Below, piece after piece: positions 17,677 through 26,236 of a DNA stretch of 64,000 bases; positions within the stretch are counted from its first letter, which is position 1, and each line of letters opens with the position of its first letter. This DNA is from Candidatus Krumholzibacteriia bacterium (lineage in GTDB: Bacteria; Krumholzibacteriota; Krumholzibacteriia; JAJRXK01): NCBI GenBank assembly GCA_035268685.1, contig DATFKK010000170.1:11708-75707 (forward strand), in the 5' to 3' direction. The position numbers and the translations under genes were made by a program. Below the pieces are notes generated by a model, which saw only the letters and a program-made list of their open reading frames with translations, did not search any database and was not told where the DNA came from.

Positions 17677-19107
17677 ATGTCCGAGCCCCACCGGATTCCC
17701 CGTGTCCATCTGTCCGAACTCGAATCCGCGCGTGTCCGCGAAGTGGCCACGACTCCCGCGGGTGACCTCGACGCCCTGGCGTTGGAACAGGGACTGCGGG
17801 ACGCGCCGGGCGACGCGGTCCTCTTCGAGTGGGACGAATCCAGCGAGGACGCGGGGTCGGTCGACCTCCGTGGCCTCTACGCCGTGCTCGGTGCGGCGGC
17901 CCGGGCCCAGCGCGTGTTGTTCCCTGCGCGCTGGTTGCCCGTGCGTCGGGCGTCCGACGACGCCGCGAGTGTCCCTGACCCGTCTCCGCGCGTTCTGGCC
18001 TTCGCGCGGAGCGACACGGCTCTCCAACGCCTCTTCGCGGAGGCCACCCCGGAACTCGAGGCCCGCGGACTCGCGCGGCCGGACGAACCGGTGGTGTTGC
18101 TGGGTGTCGAGGGTGATGCGCTCGCGAACGGCGCGGGTTCCGATGCCGCGGAACTGCGCCGTCGTGCCGAGCACTGGATCCAACGGCTGGGCGCCGACCG
18201 CGTGGCCCTGGCCGTCCCCCCGGACTCCGCCGACGACCATCCATTGGCTCGTCTCGCGCGCGACCGGGCTCTGCCCCTGATGGTCCTCGGGGGCGCGCGG
18301 CGCCGGCAGGGTGAGCGCGTCTCGACGCCCATGTTGTGGACCGACTTCCAGCTCGACGTCGAGCACCGTCTGCCCGACGACGAGCAGATCGCCGGACTGC
18401 GCGATCTGCTGCACCGCGGTTCGCTCCTGCGAGAGCGCACCCTCCACGAGCGTCTTCCCTCCTCGTGGCGGGCGCGTCTCGACGCCGAGCTCCGCGCTCT
18501 GTACGCCTGGCACGTCAGTCCGCTGCTGCGGCGGGTGTCGGCGCTCGTGCAGTCGATCGAGTCCGTGGGTGGAAGCCGCGTCGAGGCGCCGCTGCCGGGC
18601 CTGCACTCGGTCACGGCCTACCTGCTGGGTCTGACGGATCGGCGCCCGGTCGAGATGGCGTTCGGCCTGGTGGATCCGGTCGACAGTGCCCGCTCTCTGG
18701 CCGTTGCGCTGCAGTCCTTCGACCGCCGGCTGGTCGTCCACGTCGAGGACCAGGCCTGGCCGGCCCTGGAGGGTCGACTGGCGGCCTGGTCCGAGGCCGG
18801 TCTGCTCGCGCGCTGCGCCCCGACGTCGAATCGGGCGTCGGAGTACTGCTTCAGTGGTCTTCCCCTGGCGCAGCGCGTCGGCGTCCGCCGCGGGCGCGAT
18901 GGCATCGGCGAGGTCGACATCGATCGCGCCGATCAGCGGGCGCTCGGTTGGTTCCACCTGACCTGCCGCCGGCAGGACGTCGTCGAGCGGCCGCTGCCGG
19001 CGTTCGGCGCCGACACCTCCGCGCCGGTCGTCGATCTTTCCGGCTCCCGGTCCCAGCTCGCGCTCGGGCTGGACAGCGATGTCCCGGTCCAGGAGAACAC
19101 CGCGTGA
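17677..19107 (+). CDS. Hypothetical 476-aa protein; looks like a truncated, catalytically dead Pol III alpha (DnaE/DnaE2) N-terminal fragment with a C-terminal clamp-binding-like motif
   Basis: The ATG is 1 nt after the dinB stop (TGAcATG), and its stop overlaps the lexA GTG (GTGA). The N-terminus MSEPHRIPRVHLSELES resembles E. coli DnaE MSEPRFVHLRVHSDYS with PHP histidines lost. HSVTAYLLGLTDRRPVE resembles GSLVAYALKITDLDPLE. The position of catalytic PDFDVDF reads SLAVALQSF. QLALGL lies 11 aa from the C-terminus. Confidence 0.4.
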   Translation: MSEPHRIPRVHLSELESARVREVATTPAGDLDALALEQGLRDAPGDAVLFEWDESSEDAGSVDLRGLYAVLGAAARAQRVLFPARWLPVRRASDDAASVPDPSPRVLAFARSDTALQRLFAEATPELEARGLARPDEPVVLLGVEGDALANGAGSDAAELRRRAEHWIQRLGADRVALAVPPDSADDHPLARLARDRALPLMVLGGARRRQGERVSTPMLWTDFQLDVEHRLPDDEQIAGLRDLLHRGSLLRERTLHERLPSSWRARLDAELRALYAWHVSPLLRRVSALVQSIESVGGSRVEAPLPGLHSVTAYLLGLTDRRPVEMAFGLVDPVDSARSLAVALQSFDRRLVVHVEDQAWPALEGRLAAWSEAGLLARCAPTSNRASEYCFSGLPLAQRVGVRRGRDGIGEVDIDRADQRALGWFHLTCRRQDVVERPLPAFGADTSAPVVDLSGSRSQLALGLDSDVPVQENTA

Positions 19108-19766
19108 CACCTCCCCGTCGCCGCGAGCTCACCGCACGTCAGGAAGACGTCCTGCGCACCCTGGTGCGCTGGATGCGCGAACACGGCTATCCGCCCACCA
19201 TGCGCGAACTCGGCCAGGCCGTCGGTCTGTCGAGCACGCGCAGCGTGTCGGACCACCTGGTCCGCCTCGAGGAAATGGGGTTCATCCGCCGCCGTCGGGA
19301 CCGCTCCCGGGCGATCGAGATCCTGCGGGAACCCGCGGACGCATCTCCGAGCGTCCACGGTTCGCCCGTACTCTCGGACGACCGGGTCGAGGTTCCGATC
19401 GTGGGGGAGGTTGCGGCGGGGAGCCCCATCCTCGCGGCGGAGAACGTCGACGGAATGCTGACCGTCGACTCGGGTCTGGTCCGCGATAGCCGGTCGTACT
19501 TCCTGCGGGTCCGCGGCGAGTCGATGGTGGAGGCCCACATCTGCGACGGCGATCTGGTGCTGATCCAGCCCCAGCAGGAGGCCCGCAACGGGGAGATCGT
19601 CGTGGTGCTGATCGACGACGACGCCACACTCAAGCGCTTCTACCGGCGGGACGGCTACATCGAGCTGAAGCCCGAGAACGAGGGCATGGCCAGCATCATC
19701 GTCACCCCCGAGATGGGCGAGGTCCGGGTGCTCGGTCGTCCGGTCGGGGTGTGGAGATCGATCTAG
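19104..19766 (+). CDS. lexA: LexA repressor (S24 self-cleaving SOS repressor)
   Basis: GTG at 19104. Winged-helix N-terminus: LTARQEDVLRTLVRWMREHGYPPTMRELGQAVGLSSTRSV. Cleavage site VAAG. Catalytic Ser (RVRGESMVEA) and Lys (DATLKRF). Confidence 0.9.
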   Translation: MTPPRRRELTARQEDVLRTLVRWMREHGYPPTMRELGQAVGLSSTRSVSDHLVRLEEMGFIRRRRDRSRAIEILREPADASPSVHGSPVLSDDRVEVPIVGEVAAGSPILAAENVDGMLTVDSGLVRDSRSYFLRVRGESMVEAHICDGDLVLIQPQQEARNGEIVVVLIDDDATLKRFYRRDGYIELKPENEGMASIIVTPEMGEVRVLGRPVGVWRSI

Positions 19767-19869
19767 ACCCCTCGACGAACCCTCTGCGGCCCCTCAGCGG
19801 CCGAGCAGAGCCTCGTGGACGTATGCTTGCGAAGACGGCCGAGCGCCCGTAGCCTGGCTTCTCACAGGC

Positions 19870-19944
19870 GGCCCCATCGTCTAGTGGTTAGGACATCACC
19901 CTTTCAAGGTGAGGACACGGGTTCGATTCCCGTTGGGGCTGCCA
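19870..19944 (+). tRNA. tRNA-Glu (anticodon UUC), CCA encoded
   Basis: GGCCCCATCGTCTAGTGGTTAGGAC .. anticodon stem TCACC/GGTGA with loop CTTTCAA .. T-arm ACGGGTTCGATTCCCGT .. acceptor TGGGGCT-G-CCA. Cloverleaf folded by hand. Confidence 0.85.
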
Positions 19945-19960
19945 TCCCGATCTACGACGA

Positions 19961-19999
19961 GCCGTCGTGGCCGCTCCGCCGGAGCCGCGCCACGGCGGC
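19961..19999. terminator. Long imperfect hairpin between tRNA-Glu and the convergent phosphoesterase gene (possible bidirectional terminator)
   Basis: GCCGTCGTGGC-CGCTCC-gcc-GGAGCCG-C-GCCACGGCGGC followed by TTTCGTCGTT. Confidence 0.4.
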
Positions 20000-20008
20000 T
20001 TTCGTCGT

Positions 20009-21679
20009 TCAGCGCCGCACCTCGAAGATCCTGTGCCCCCGGTGCTCGGTCCCGTACTCGTCGGTCGCCCGCACCTCGATCCGGTGGACGCCGGCATCGA
20101 GACCTTCGGTGGGAAGATCGGCGAACCACAAGTGCGTGGTCGCGACCGGTCCCACCCAACCCTTCATGCTGTCGGCGTGGCGGGCCATGTGCTCGAGCAC
20201 CCAGGGATCCTCCCGCACCTCACGCTCCATCTCGACCCAGGGACCGTCGTCGACACGCATCGCGACGCGTGAGCGCGGACCACCGTTGAACAGGTTCACG
20301 TACACGTCGGTCGAGGGCAGTTCGTCGAAGAGCAAGGGACCGACCTGCAGCTCGCCGGGACGGTAGGACTCGAGCAGCGCCACACCGAGTTGGTGGTAGG
20401 CGCGGTCGAAGCCGATCCGCATCTGGTGATCGGCTGGGTGCCCCGCCGCGCGGTAGTGTGCCACCGCCTCGTTGGCGTCGATCGACAGGATCGTGTAGCC
20501 GTTCGGCACGCCGTCGCGCTGCACGGTCACGGGCACGCCGCGCTCGTCGTGCGGGCCGGTCCACCAGCTCCCGCAGACGGTGGCCAGCACGTGATGGTGC
20601 AGCGGCTCGTCGCCCGGCCAATCGTCGGACTCGTCGAAGTGGTGGTGCTCCACGAGATGCGTGTGGCCGGCGAACGAGAGCACGTGGTCGCGCTCGCCGA
20701 GGATCCTGAACAGCCGATCGCGATCGAGCACGTTGATGTACGGCGCTTCGGGATCGACGTGGCTGCGCAGGGGGATGTGCATGGTCACCACGACGAGGTG
20801 ATCGCCGGGAACCAGCGCCAGGTCGGCTTCGAGCCAGTCGAGTTGACGCTCGGACAATCCGCCGTAATAGCCGCCGGCACCCCGCACGGGAGCGTCCTCT
20901 TCGCCGCGGCTCGTGCCACGGTAGACCACGTCGTCGAGCACGACGAAGTGGGCACGGCCGTAGGTGAACGAATAGGTCGTCGGACCGAGGTAGCGCTGGA
21001 AGGTCGCGAGCGAGTGCTCGTCGTCGGGCGACAGGAAGTTCAGCTCGTGGTTGCCGGGGACGTTGTACCAGGGCACGCCCAGGGCCCCGAGCAGATCGAG
21101 GTAGCGCGGGAACAGCGAGAGGTCGTCGTAGAGGAAGTCGCCCAGGGTCATGCCGAACGCGGCGTCGGTACCCGCCAGCTCGTTCAACACGTCCTCGCGG
21201 ATGTAGTCGAGTTCGACGTGGCTCTGCGGCTGGGTGTCGGCGAAGAGGATCACGTCGAAGGATTCGGGTTCGTCCACGGGCACCAGACCGAAGTCGATGG
21301 AATCGGGCAGAGGGCCGGTGGGCGCCAGGCCCGGATACGCCAGATCGAGTTCGGCGGGCGTGCCCTCGGGCCGGTGCACGTGGTAGAAGCGCGGCACGCC
21401 GTTCGGCGCGAGCTGCGTGCGGTAGCCGCTCGGCTTGACGACGAAGATCACGTCGCCCTCCTCGACCTCGAGTTGCCATCGCCCCTGTGCGTCGGTGGTG
21501 ACCACGCGATGGCCGTTGCTCACGGCCACGTCGGCGAGTCCGGCCTCGCCGGTGTCACGGCGGCCGTCGGCATCGGCGTCGACGTACACGTGGCCGCGGG
21601 CGGTCTCGGCCGCGGTGACCGCGGTGGGGGCACAGGACACGAGGGCGAGCACGCACAGGGTGCGCAGCGTTCTGGTCAT
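20009..21679 (-). CDS. Secreted calcineurin-like metallophosphoesterase
   Basis: Signal peptide MTRTLRTLCVLALVSCAPTAVTAA. Motifs: ILFADTQ, GDFLYDD, VPGNHELNF, VVTMHIPL, FAGHTHL. Confidence 0.8.
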   Translation of the reverse strand: MTRTLRTLCVLALVSCAPTAVTAAETARGHVYVDADADGRRDTGEAGLADVAVSNGHRVVTTDAQGRWQLEVEEGDVIFVVKPSGYRTQLAPNGVPRFYHVHRPEGTPAELDLAYPGLAPTGPLPDSIDFGLVPVDEPESFDVILFADTQPQSHVELDYIREDVLNELAGTDAAFGMTLGDFLYDDLSLFPRYLDLLGALGVPWYNVPGNHELNFLSPDDEHSLATFQRYLGPTTYSFTYGRAHFVVLDDVVYRGTSRGEEDAPVRGAGGYYGGLSERQLDWLEADLALVPGDHLVVVTMHIPLRSHVDPEAPYINVLDRDRLFRILGERDHVLSFAGHTHLVEHHHFDESDDWPGDEPLHHHVLATVCGSWWTGPHDERGVPVTVQRDGVPNGYTILSIDANEAVAHYRAAGHPADHQMRIGFDRAYHQLGVALLESYRPGELQVGPLLFDELPSTDVYVNLFNGGPRSRVAMRVDDGPWVEMEREVREDPWVLEHMARHADSMKGWVGPVATTHLWFADLPTEGLDAGVHRIEVRATDEYGTEHRGHRIFEVRR

Positions 21680-21957
21680 CGCACGATCTCCTGGAGCGGT
21701 GGTCCGCCGACGGCGGACCGGTCACGGGCCGGGCGCAGGACCCACGAGCCTGCCCAACGGGCCGACCCGCTGTCGAGAGGAGTTTTCGTGAAGGATGGAC
21801 GGCCGCGGGGTGTCCCGAAATCGTGATCGACGGCCCTCGTGACCTTTACCGCCGGGCCGGGCGCACCTAGCCTTCTGCCGGTTCCGCGCCCGCCGGTCGC
21901 GGGGCCGTTCCCCCGCCCAGTCCGCGATCGACCGCTGTCCCGTCTTCGGAGGATGTC

Positions 21958-22938
21958 ATGCTGCACCTGCCCCAGCGCCCCCGCCGCAATCGCAAGAACG
22001 AGGTCGTCCGGTCGTCGCACCGCGAGACCTGGGTCGGTCCCCAGCACTTCGTCTATCCGCTCTTCCTGCACGCGGGCAGTGGCAAGCAGCCCATCGAGAG
22101 CATGCCGGGCAGCGACCGCCACGACCTCGACACTCTGCTCGACGAGGTGGGCAAGGCGCGCGAACTGGGCGTGAAGAGCGTGGTGCTCTTCCCCGCCGTC
22201 GAGGAATCGCTCAAGAATCCGACCGGCGACGAGTCCTACAATCCCGAGGGCCTGATCCCGCGGGCGATCCGCCGGGTGAAGGAGAGCTTCGACGACGTCA
22301 TGGTCTTCACCGACGTCGCACTCGACCCCTACAACTCCGACGGCCACGACGGCATCGTGCGCGACGGCCGGATCCTGAACGACGAGACGGTCGAGGTGCT
22401 CTGCAAGCAGGCGCTGGCCCAGGCGCGCTCCGGCGCCGACGTGATCGCGCCGAGCGACATGATGGACGGCCGCATCGGCGCGATCCGCGAAGCGCTCGAC
22501 GATGACGGCTTCACCGAGGTGTCGATCCTCAGCTACTGCGCCAAGTACGCCTCGAGCTTCTACGGACCGTTCCGCGACGCGCTCGACTCGGCACCGAAGG
22601 CGGGCGACAAGAAGACCTACCAGATGGATCCGGCCAACGTGCGCGAGACCCTGCGCGAGATCGAGCTCGACGAGGACGAGGGCGCCGACTACCTGATGGT
22701 GAAGCCGGCCGGGCCGTACCTCGACGTGATCCGCTTCATGCGCGAGGCGACCACGCTCCCGGTGGCCGCTTACCAGGTCAGTGGGGAGTACGCCATGCTG
22801 AAGGCCGCGGCGGCCAACGGCTGGCTCGACGAGCGTGCCACGGTGCTCGAATCGTTGCTGGCGATCCGCCGCGCCGGAGCCGACGTCATCTTCACGTACT
22901 TCGCGGTGCAGGCCGCCGAGTATCTCCGTCAGGGATAG
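21958..22938 (+). CDS. hemB: Porphobilinogen synthase (delta-aminolevulinate dehydratase), Asp-rich (non-Cys/Zn) metal site
   Basis: PRRNRKNEVVR, FTDVALDPYNSDGHDG, IAPSDMMDGR, SYCAKYASSFYGPFRDA, YLMVKPAGPYLD and YQVSGEYAM are all characteristic. Confidence 0.9.
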   Translation: MLHLPQRPRRNRKNEVVRSSHRETWVGPQHFVYPLFLHAGSGKQPIESMPGSDRHDLDTLLDEVGKARELGVKSVVLFPAVEESLKNPTGDESYNPEGLIPRAIRRVKESFDDVMVFTDVALDPYNSDGHDGIVRDGRILNDETVEVLCKQALAQARSGADVIAPSDMMDGRIGAIREALDDDGFTEVSILSYCAKYASSFYGPFRDALDSAPKAGDKKTYQMDPANVRETLREIELDEDEGADYLMVKPAGPYLDVIRFMREATTLPVAAYQVSGEYAMLKAAAANGWLDERATVLESLLAIRRAGADVIFTYFAVQAAEYLRQG

Positions 22939-22971
22939 CGACTCACCCCGTACGGAGACGGGCGGCGGTGG

Positions 22972-23394
22972 TCAGCCCATGGATCTGACCACCGCCGCCG
23001 ATCGCCGCATCTCCTCGATCATCGCGTAGAAACCGTTGCGCCGGTTCGGCGAGAGGTGGCGGTCGAGTCCGATGCGCTCGAAGGCGGCGTCGAGGTCCAC
23101 GGCCAGGATCTCTTCGGGGGTCTTGTCGCTGAACAGCGTCCGCAGAACGGCGAAGAGCCCCTTGACGATCGCCGAGTCGCTGTCGGCGTTGAACCGCAGC
23201 TTCTTCTGACCGTTCTCCTGCACGATGTCGGTCTTCAACCAGACCTGACTCATGCACCCTTCAACGCGGTACTTGTCGGTGTGGTAGTCCTCGGGCAGGG
23301 GCGGCAGTTTCGCCCCCAGCCCGATGATGTACTGGTAGCGATCGCTCCAGTCGTCGAAGAACAGCAGATTGCTCTCGAGTTCTTCGTAGTCCAC
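22972..23394 (-). CDS. sufE: SufE-family cysteine desulfuration (sulfur acceptor) protein
   Basis: GTG start with AGGAGG upstream (caccAGGAGGtctgacGTG). Motifs: YQYIIGLGAKLPPLP, VEGCMSQVWL, ADSDSAIVKGL, SPNRRNGFYAMI. Confidence 0.8.
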   Translation of the reverse strand: MDYEELESNLLFFDDWSDRYQYIIGLGAKLPPLPEDYHTDKYRVEGCMSQVWLKTDIVQENGQKKLRFNADSDSAIVKGLFAVLRTLFSDKTPEEILAVDLDAAFERIGLDRHLSPNRRNGFYAMIEEMRRSAAVVRSMG

Positions 23395-23423
23395 GTCAGA
23401 CCTCCTGGTGAACCGCGCGCTTC

Positions 23424-25091
23424 CTACTCGAGCAACGCCGCGGCGAGTGCCGGGATCGGAGCGCCGGTGGGGCGGCCGTGCTGCCAGTCGCCACCTTCGG
23501 TCGCGCTTCCGGCCACGTCGAGATGCGTGAAGGGGAGCGGACGCTCGCTGCGCAACCCGTGGTCGGACAGACCCGCGGCGACCACCAGGAACGCCATGGG
23601 GAACTGATGACCGCGCGGCGTCGCCGAGCTGGGCTTGTTGTTGCAGCTGAGTACGTCGTCGGCCTTGCTGCGCGGAGCGATGAACTCGAAATCCTCGCGC
23701 CGCGAGCGGTTGACCTCGAAGGTGTCGCCCCACAGATCCCCGGCCTCGCTCAGGCGGGCGCCGATGCTCTGCGCGCGGGCGGCGCCGTTCTCGACGGCAA
23801 TGGTGTTCGGGCCGGCCGCCAGCGCGGCGTGGCCGGTCAGGGTGGCGGCGCTGAACAGCATGGGGTTCTCGGCGTCGACGGCCTTCTCGCGCAGGTGGCT
23901 GAGGCAGTCGGCCAGGACCAGGCGTCCCTCGGCGTCGGTGTTGCCGATGCGTACGCGGATGCCGGCATGGCTGGTGATGATCTCGTCGCTCACGAAGCAG
24001 TCCTCGCCGACGCTGTTGCGCACCGCACCGATCTCGGCGATCACGCGTACGTTCGCAGGAGCGAGTTCCGAGACCGTCTTCACGAAGCCGGCCACGGCGG
24101 CGGCGCCGCCCTTGTCGCGGCTCATGCCGGCCATGTGGCCTCCGGCCTTGATGTCGGCTCCGCCGGTGTCGTAGACGACGCCCTTGCCGGCCAACAGGAT
24201 CGTGCGCTCGATCGGTCCCGAACCCTGGTACTCGAGGCGGATCACACGCGGGTGGTGGCGTTCGACCTGCATCGAGGCGCGCCCCACGGCCATCATGAGC
24301 GGATACTCGCGTTCGAGCGTGGCGCGGTCCGAGACGATCTCGACCTCGACGTTCGATCCCGCGAAGGCGGCCTCGCACAGTTCGGCGAACCGGGGCGGTG
24401 CCATACGTTCGGGCTCGGTGCCTCCGAGATCGCGGGCGAGCCGGCGGCCGGCCTCGACGGCCCGGATCCGATCGCGGATCGCGTCTCCGTCGCGGTCGGC
24501 GACGAACCCGAGCATCTCCATGGGTTCGACGTCGGCTTCGCCGAGGGCCTCGCGTGCCTCCAGCGGCTCCCAGAGAGCACCGAGGGCCTGGAGGACCGAC
24601 ACGGCCTGGGCGTTGCCGTAGACCGGGTCGGACGGGACTCCGGCCACGACCAGGAGTGGTTTGCGGGCCCCGGCCTCGCGCGCGCGCTGGATCCCGCGCA
24701 GGGCGGCGTCACCGAAGCGGCGAACGTCGTCGAAGTCGCGGTCGAGCTGGCCGGTGGGAGCCATGACCAGACGCCGCCCCGCCAGATCGTCGGCACGACG
24801 AAGGGTGACCAGATGGTCGCTGCGCGCGTCGACGGCCGCGGCGGCGTCGAGGTGGGCCTGGATCTCGGGATGGTCGCCGAACTCCTTCATGGGTCCGACC
24901 GCGATCACGCAGTCGAATTCGGAGCCCTCGAGTTCGGCCTTGGCATCGGGCGAAACGTGCTTGAGTTCGACCACCACGGAACCTCCCACCGGAGTCTGGA
25001 GACGCTCGGGCGCTCCGGATCGGTCGAGGTGGCGGAGCGCACGGGCAGGAACGTAGACCCGCACCCGGGGCGCCGCAATCGGAGTGCGCAC
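23424..25091 (-). CDS. M17 family leucyl aminopeptidase
   Basis: GKGVVYDTGGADIKAGGHMAGMSRDKGGAA, NTDAEGRLVLADC and ATLTGHA are present. The start is uncertain (GTG at 25091 has no obvious SD). Confidence 0.8.
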   Translation of the reverse strand: MRTPIAAPRVRVYVPARALRHLDRSGAPERLQTPVGGSVVVELKHVSPDAKAELEGSEFDCVIAVGPMKEFGDHPEIQAHLDAAAAVDARSDHLVTLRRADDLAGRRLVMAPTGQLDRDFDDVRRFGDAALRGIQRAREAGARKPLLVVAGVPSDPVYGNAQAVSVLQALGALWEPLEAREALGEADVEPMEMLGFVADRDGDAIRDRIRAVEAGRRLARDLGGTEPERMAPPRFAELCEAAFAGSNVEVEIVSDRATLEREYPLMMAVGRASMQVERHHPRVIRLEYQGSGPIERTILLAGKGVVYDTGGADIKAGGHMAGMSRDKGGAAAVAGFVKTVSELAPANVRVIAEIGAVRNSVGEDCFVSDEIITSHAGIRVRIGNTDAEGRLVLADCLSHLREKAVDAENPMLFSAATLTGHAALAAGPNTIAVENGAARAQSIGARLSEAGDLWGDTFEVNRSRREDFEFIAPRSKADDVLSCNNKPSSATPRGHQFPMAFLVVAAGLSDHGLRSERPLPFTHLDVAGSATEGGDWQHGRPTGAPIPALAAALLE

Positions 25092-25152
25092 ACACGAGGA
25101 GGCACGCGCGGCGTCCGCCGGCGTGCCGAGGGTGTCAGGGCTGTGATCGGAC

Positions 25153-25437
25153 CTAGACCGACATGCCCTGATAGCGCGTGAGGGTCTCCTCGAGCGAACG
25201 GGCCACCGCTTCGCGATCGAGCCGTGCGCCGGGCCGGGCGTGCAGGGTCAGCTCGATCCGGCCGTCCAGTTCGTCGGCGTCCACACCGGCGAAGTGGTCG
25301 ATCTGGTCGGTGGCGCAGCCGCATCTGCCGTCGCGGCAGGCGTCGAAGGCGCGCAGCAACGGCAGGCGAGGTCCGTCGTATCCCACGATGGACACCACGA
25401 AGGCGCTGCCGTGTTCGGCCAGCTGGTATTCGGCCAT
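25153..25437 (-). CDS. Small hypothetical protein (94 aa) with a CRDGRCGC cysteine cluster
   Basis: MAEYQLAEHGSAFVVSIVGYDGPRLPLLRAFDACRDGRCGCATDQ.. lies within ORF 25153..25797. It is divergent from the Rrf2-suf operon. I recognise no family. Confidence 0.4.
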   Translation of the reverse strand: MAEYQLAEHGSAFVVSIVGYDGPRLPLLRAFDACRDGRCGCATDQIDHFAGVDADELDGRIELTLHARPGARLDREAVARSLEETLTRYQGMSV

Positions 25438-25583
25438 GGTGGAAACGGTCCTCTCAGGGGTGTCGGGCGGGACGACCCTGCCGCCGCCCGTCCCCCACAT
25501 TATAAGGCCGGACGCGCGGTGGTGGGGGGCTCCGCAACCTCCCGGAAGGACCGATTTCGTGACCCTCCGCGGCGGCCGGGCTA

Positions 25584-25607
25584 AATCTATACTCTCGAGT
25601 AGCGATT
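25584..25607. promoter_or_regulatory. 24-bp imperfect palindrome, candidate Rrf2 (IscR/SufR-like) operator
   Basis: AATCTATACTCT|CGAGTAGCGATT, with arms matching at 9/12. It sits in an AT-richer patch about 95 nt upstream of the Rrf2 gene start. Confidence 0.35.
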
Positions 25608-25702
25608 CGGCGCGGATTGGATATGCTATGCGGCGCGCGGCCGGAAGGAATGATCCGCGTGCATCAATCGAGCGACCCGTCCCCCGAGCGAGGACCTCCA
25701 CC

Positions 25703-26236
25703 GTGATCCTGACGGCGCAGGAAGAATTCGGACTCCGTTGCGCGCTCACGATCGCGCGCGCGGGGACCGACGACAGCGGCCAGCCGGCCTCGGTCACGCT
25801 CGGTCAGATCGCCGAGTCCGAGGGACTGACCCCGGCCTACGCCGGCAAGATCATGCGCCTGCTGGTCCAGGCGGGACTGGTCGAGAGCACGCGGGGCCGG
25901 AGCGGTGGTTACCGCCTGGCGCGCGCGGCAGAGAGCATCTCGGCGGACGAGGTGGTCCACGCCCTCGGCGGCAAGTTCTACGATGGCGAGATCTGCTCGC
26001 GGTCGGCCTCGGGCGAGGGTCTCTGCGTGCACAACAACGATTGCGCGGTGCGGTCGCTCTGGACCGGATTGCAGACCATGGTCGACGTCTTCCTGTCCCG
26101 GATCACTCTCCGGGACCTGGCGGTCGACGAGGCCACGATGCAGCGCACGGTCACCGTCGTGCGCGAGAGCCTGGATCAGGACCCGACCGACGCGGTCGGC
26201 GTGACGTCCGACGACGTGCAGGAGGGAGTGCGATGA
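25703..26236 (+). CDS. Rrf2 family transcriptional regulator (IscR/SufR-like, Cys-containing)
   Basis: GTG start gives [24 protein letters not shown]: [44 protein letters not shown]. Cys cluster: [17 protein letters not shown]. Its stop overlaps the sufB ATG. Confidence 0.8.
   Translation: MILTAQEEFGLRCALTIARAGTDDSGQPASVTLGQIAESEGLTPAYAGKIMRLLVQAGLVESTRGRSGGYRLARAAESISADEVVHALGGKFYDGEICSRSASGEGLCVHNNDCAVRSLWTGLQTMVDVFLSRITLRDLAVDEATMQRTVTVVRESLDQDPTDAVGVTSDDVQEGVR

Noticed and set aside
17677-19107. Middle gene of the dinB operon as a decayed dnaE2 pseudogene
   Set aside because: The frame is uninterrupted for 476 codons. It starts 1 nt after the dinB stop and ends in a GTGA overlap with lexA. 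It also carries a clamp-motif-like QLALGL near its end. This favours a maintained gene, although pseudogene status cannot be fully excluded without comparative data.
19767-20008. tRNA-Glu as an integration hotspot for a mobile element
   Set aside because: There is no integrase, no duplicated tRNA 3' end and no composition shift on either side. The downstream genes are ordinary housekeeping genes.
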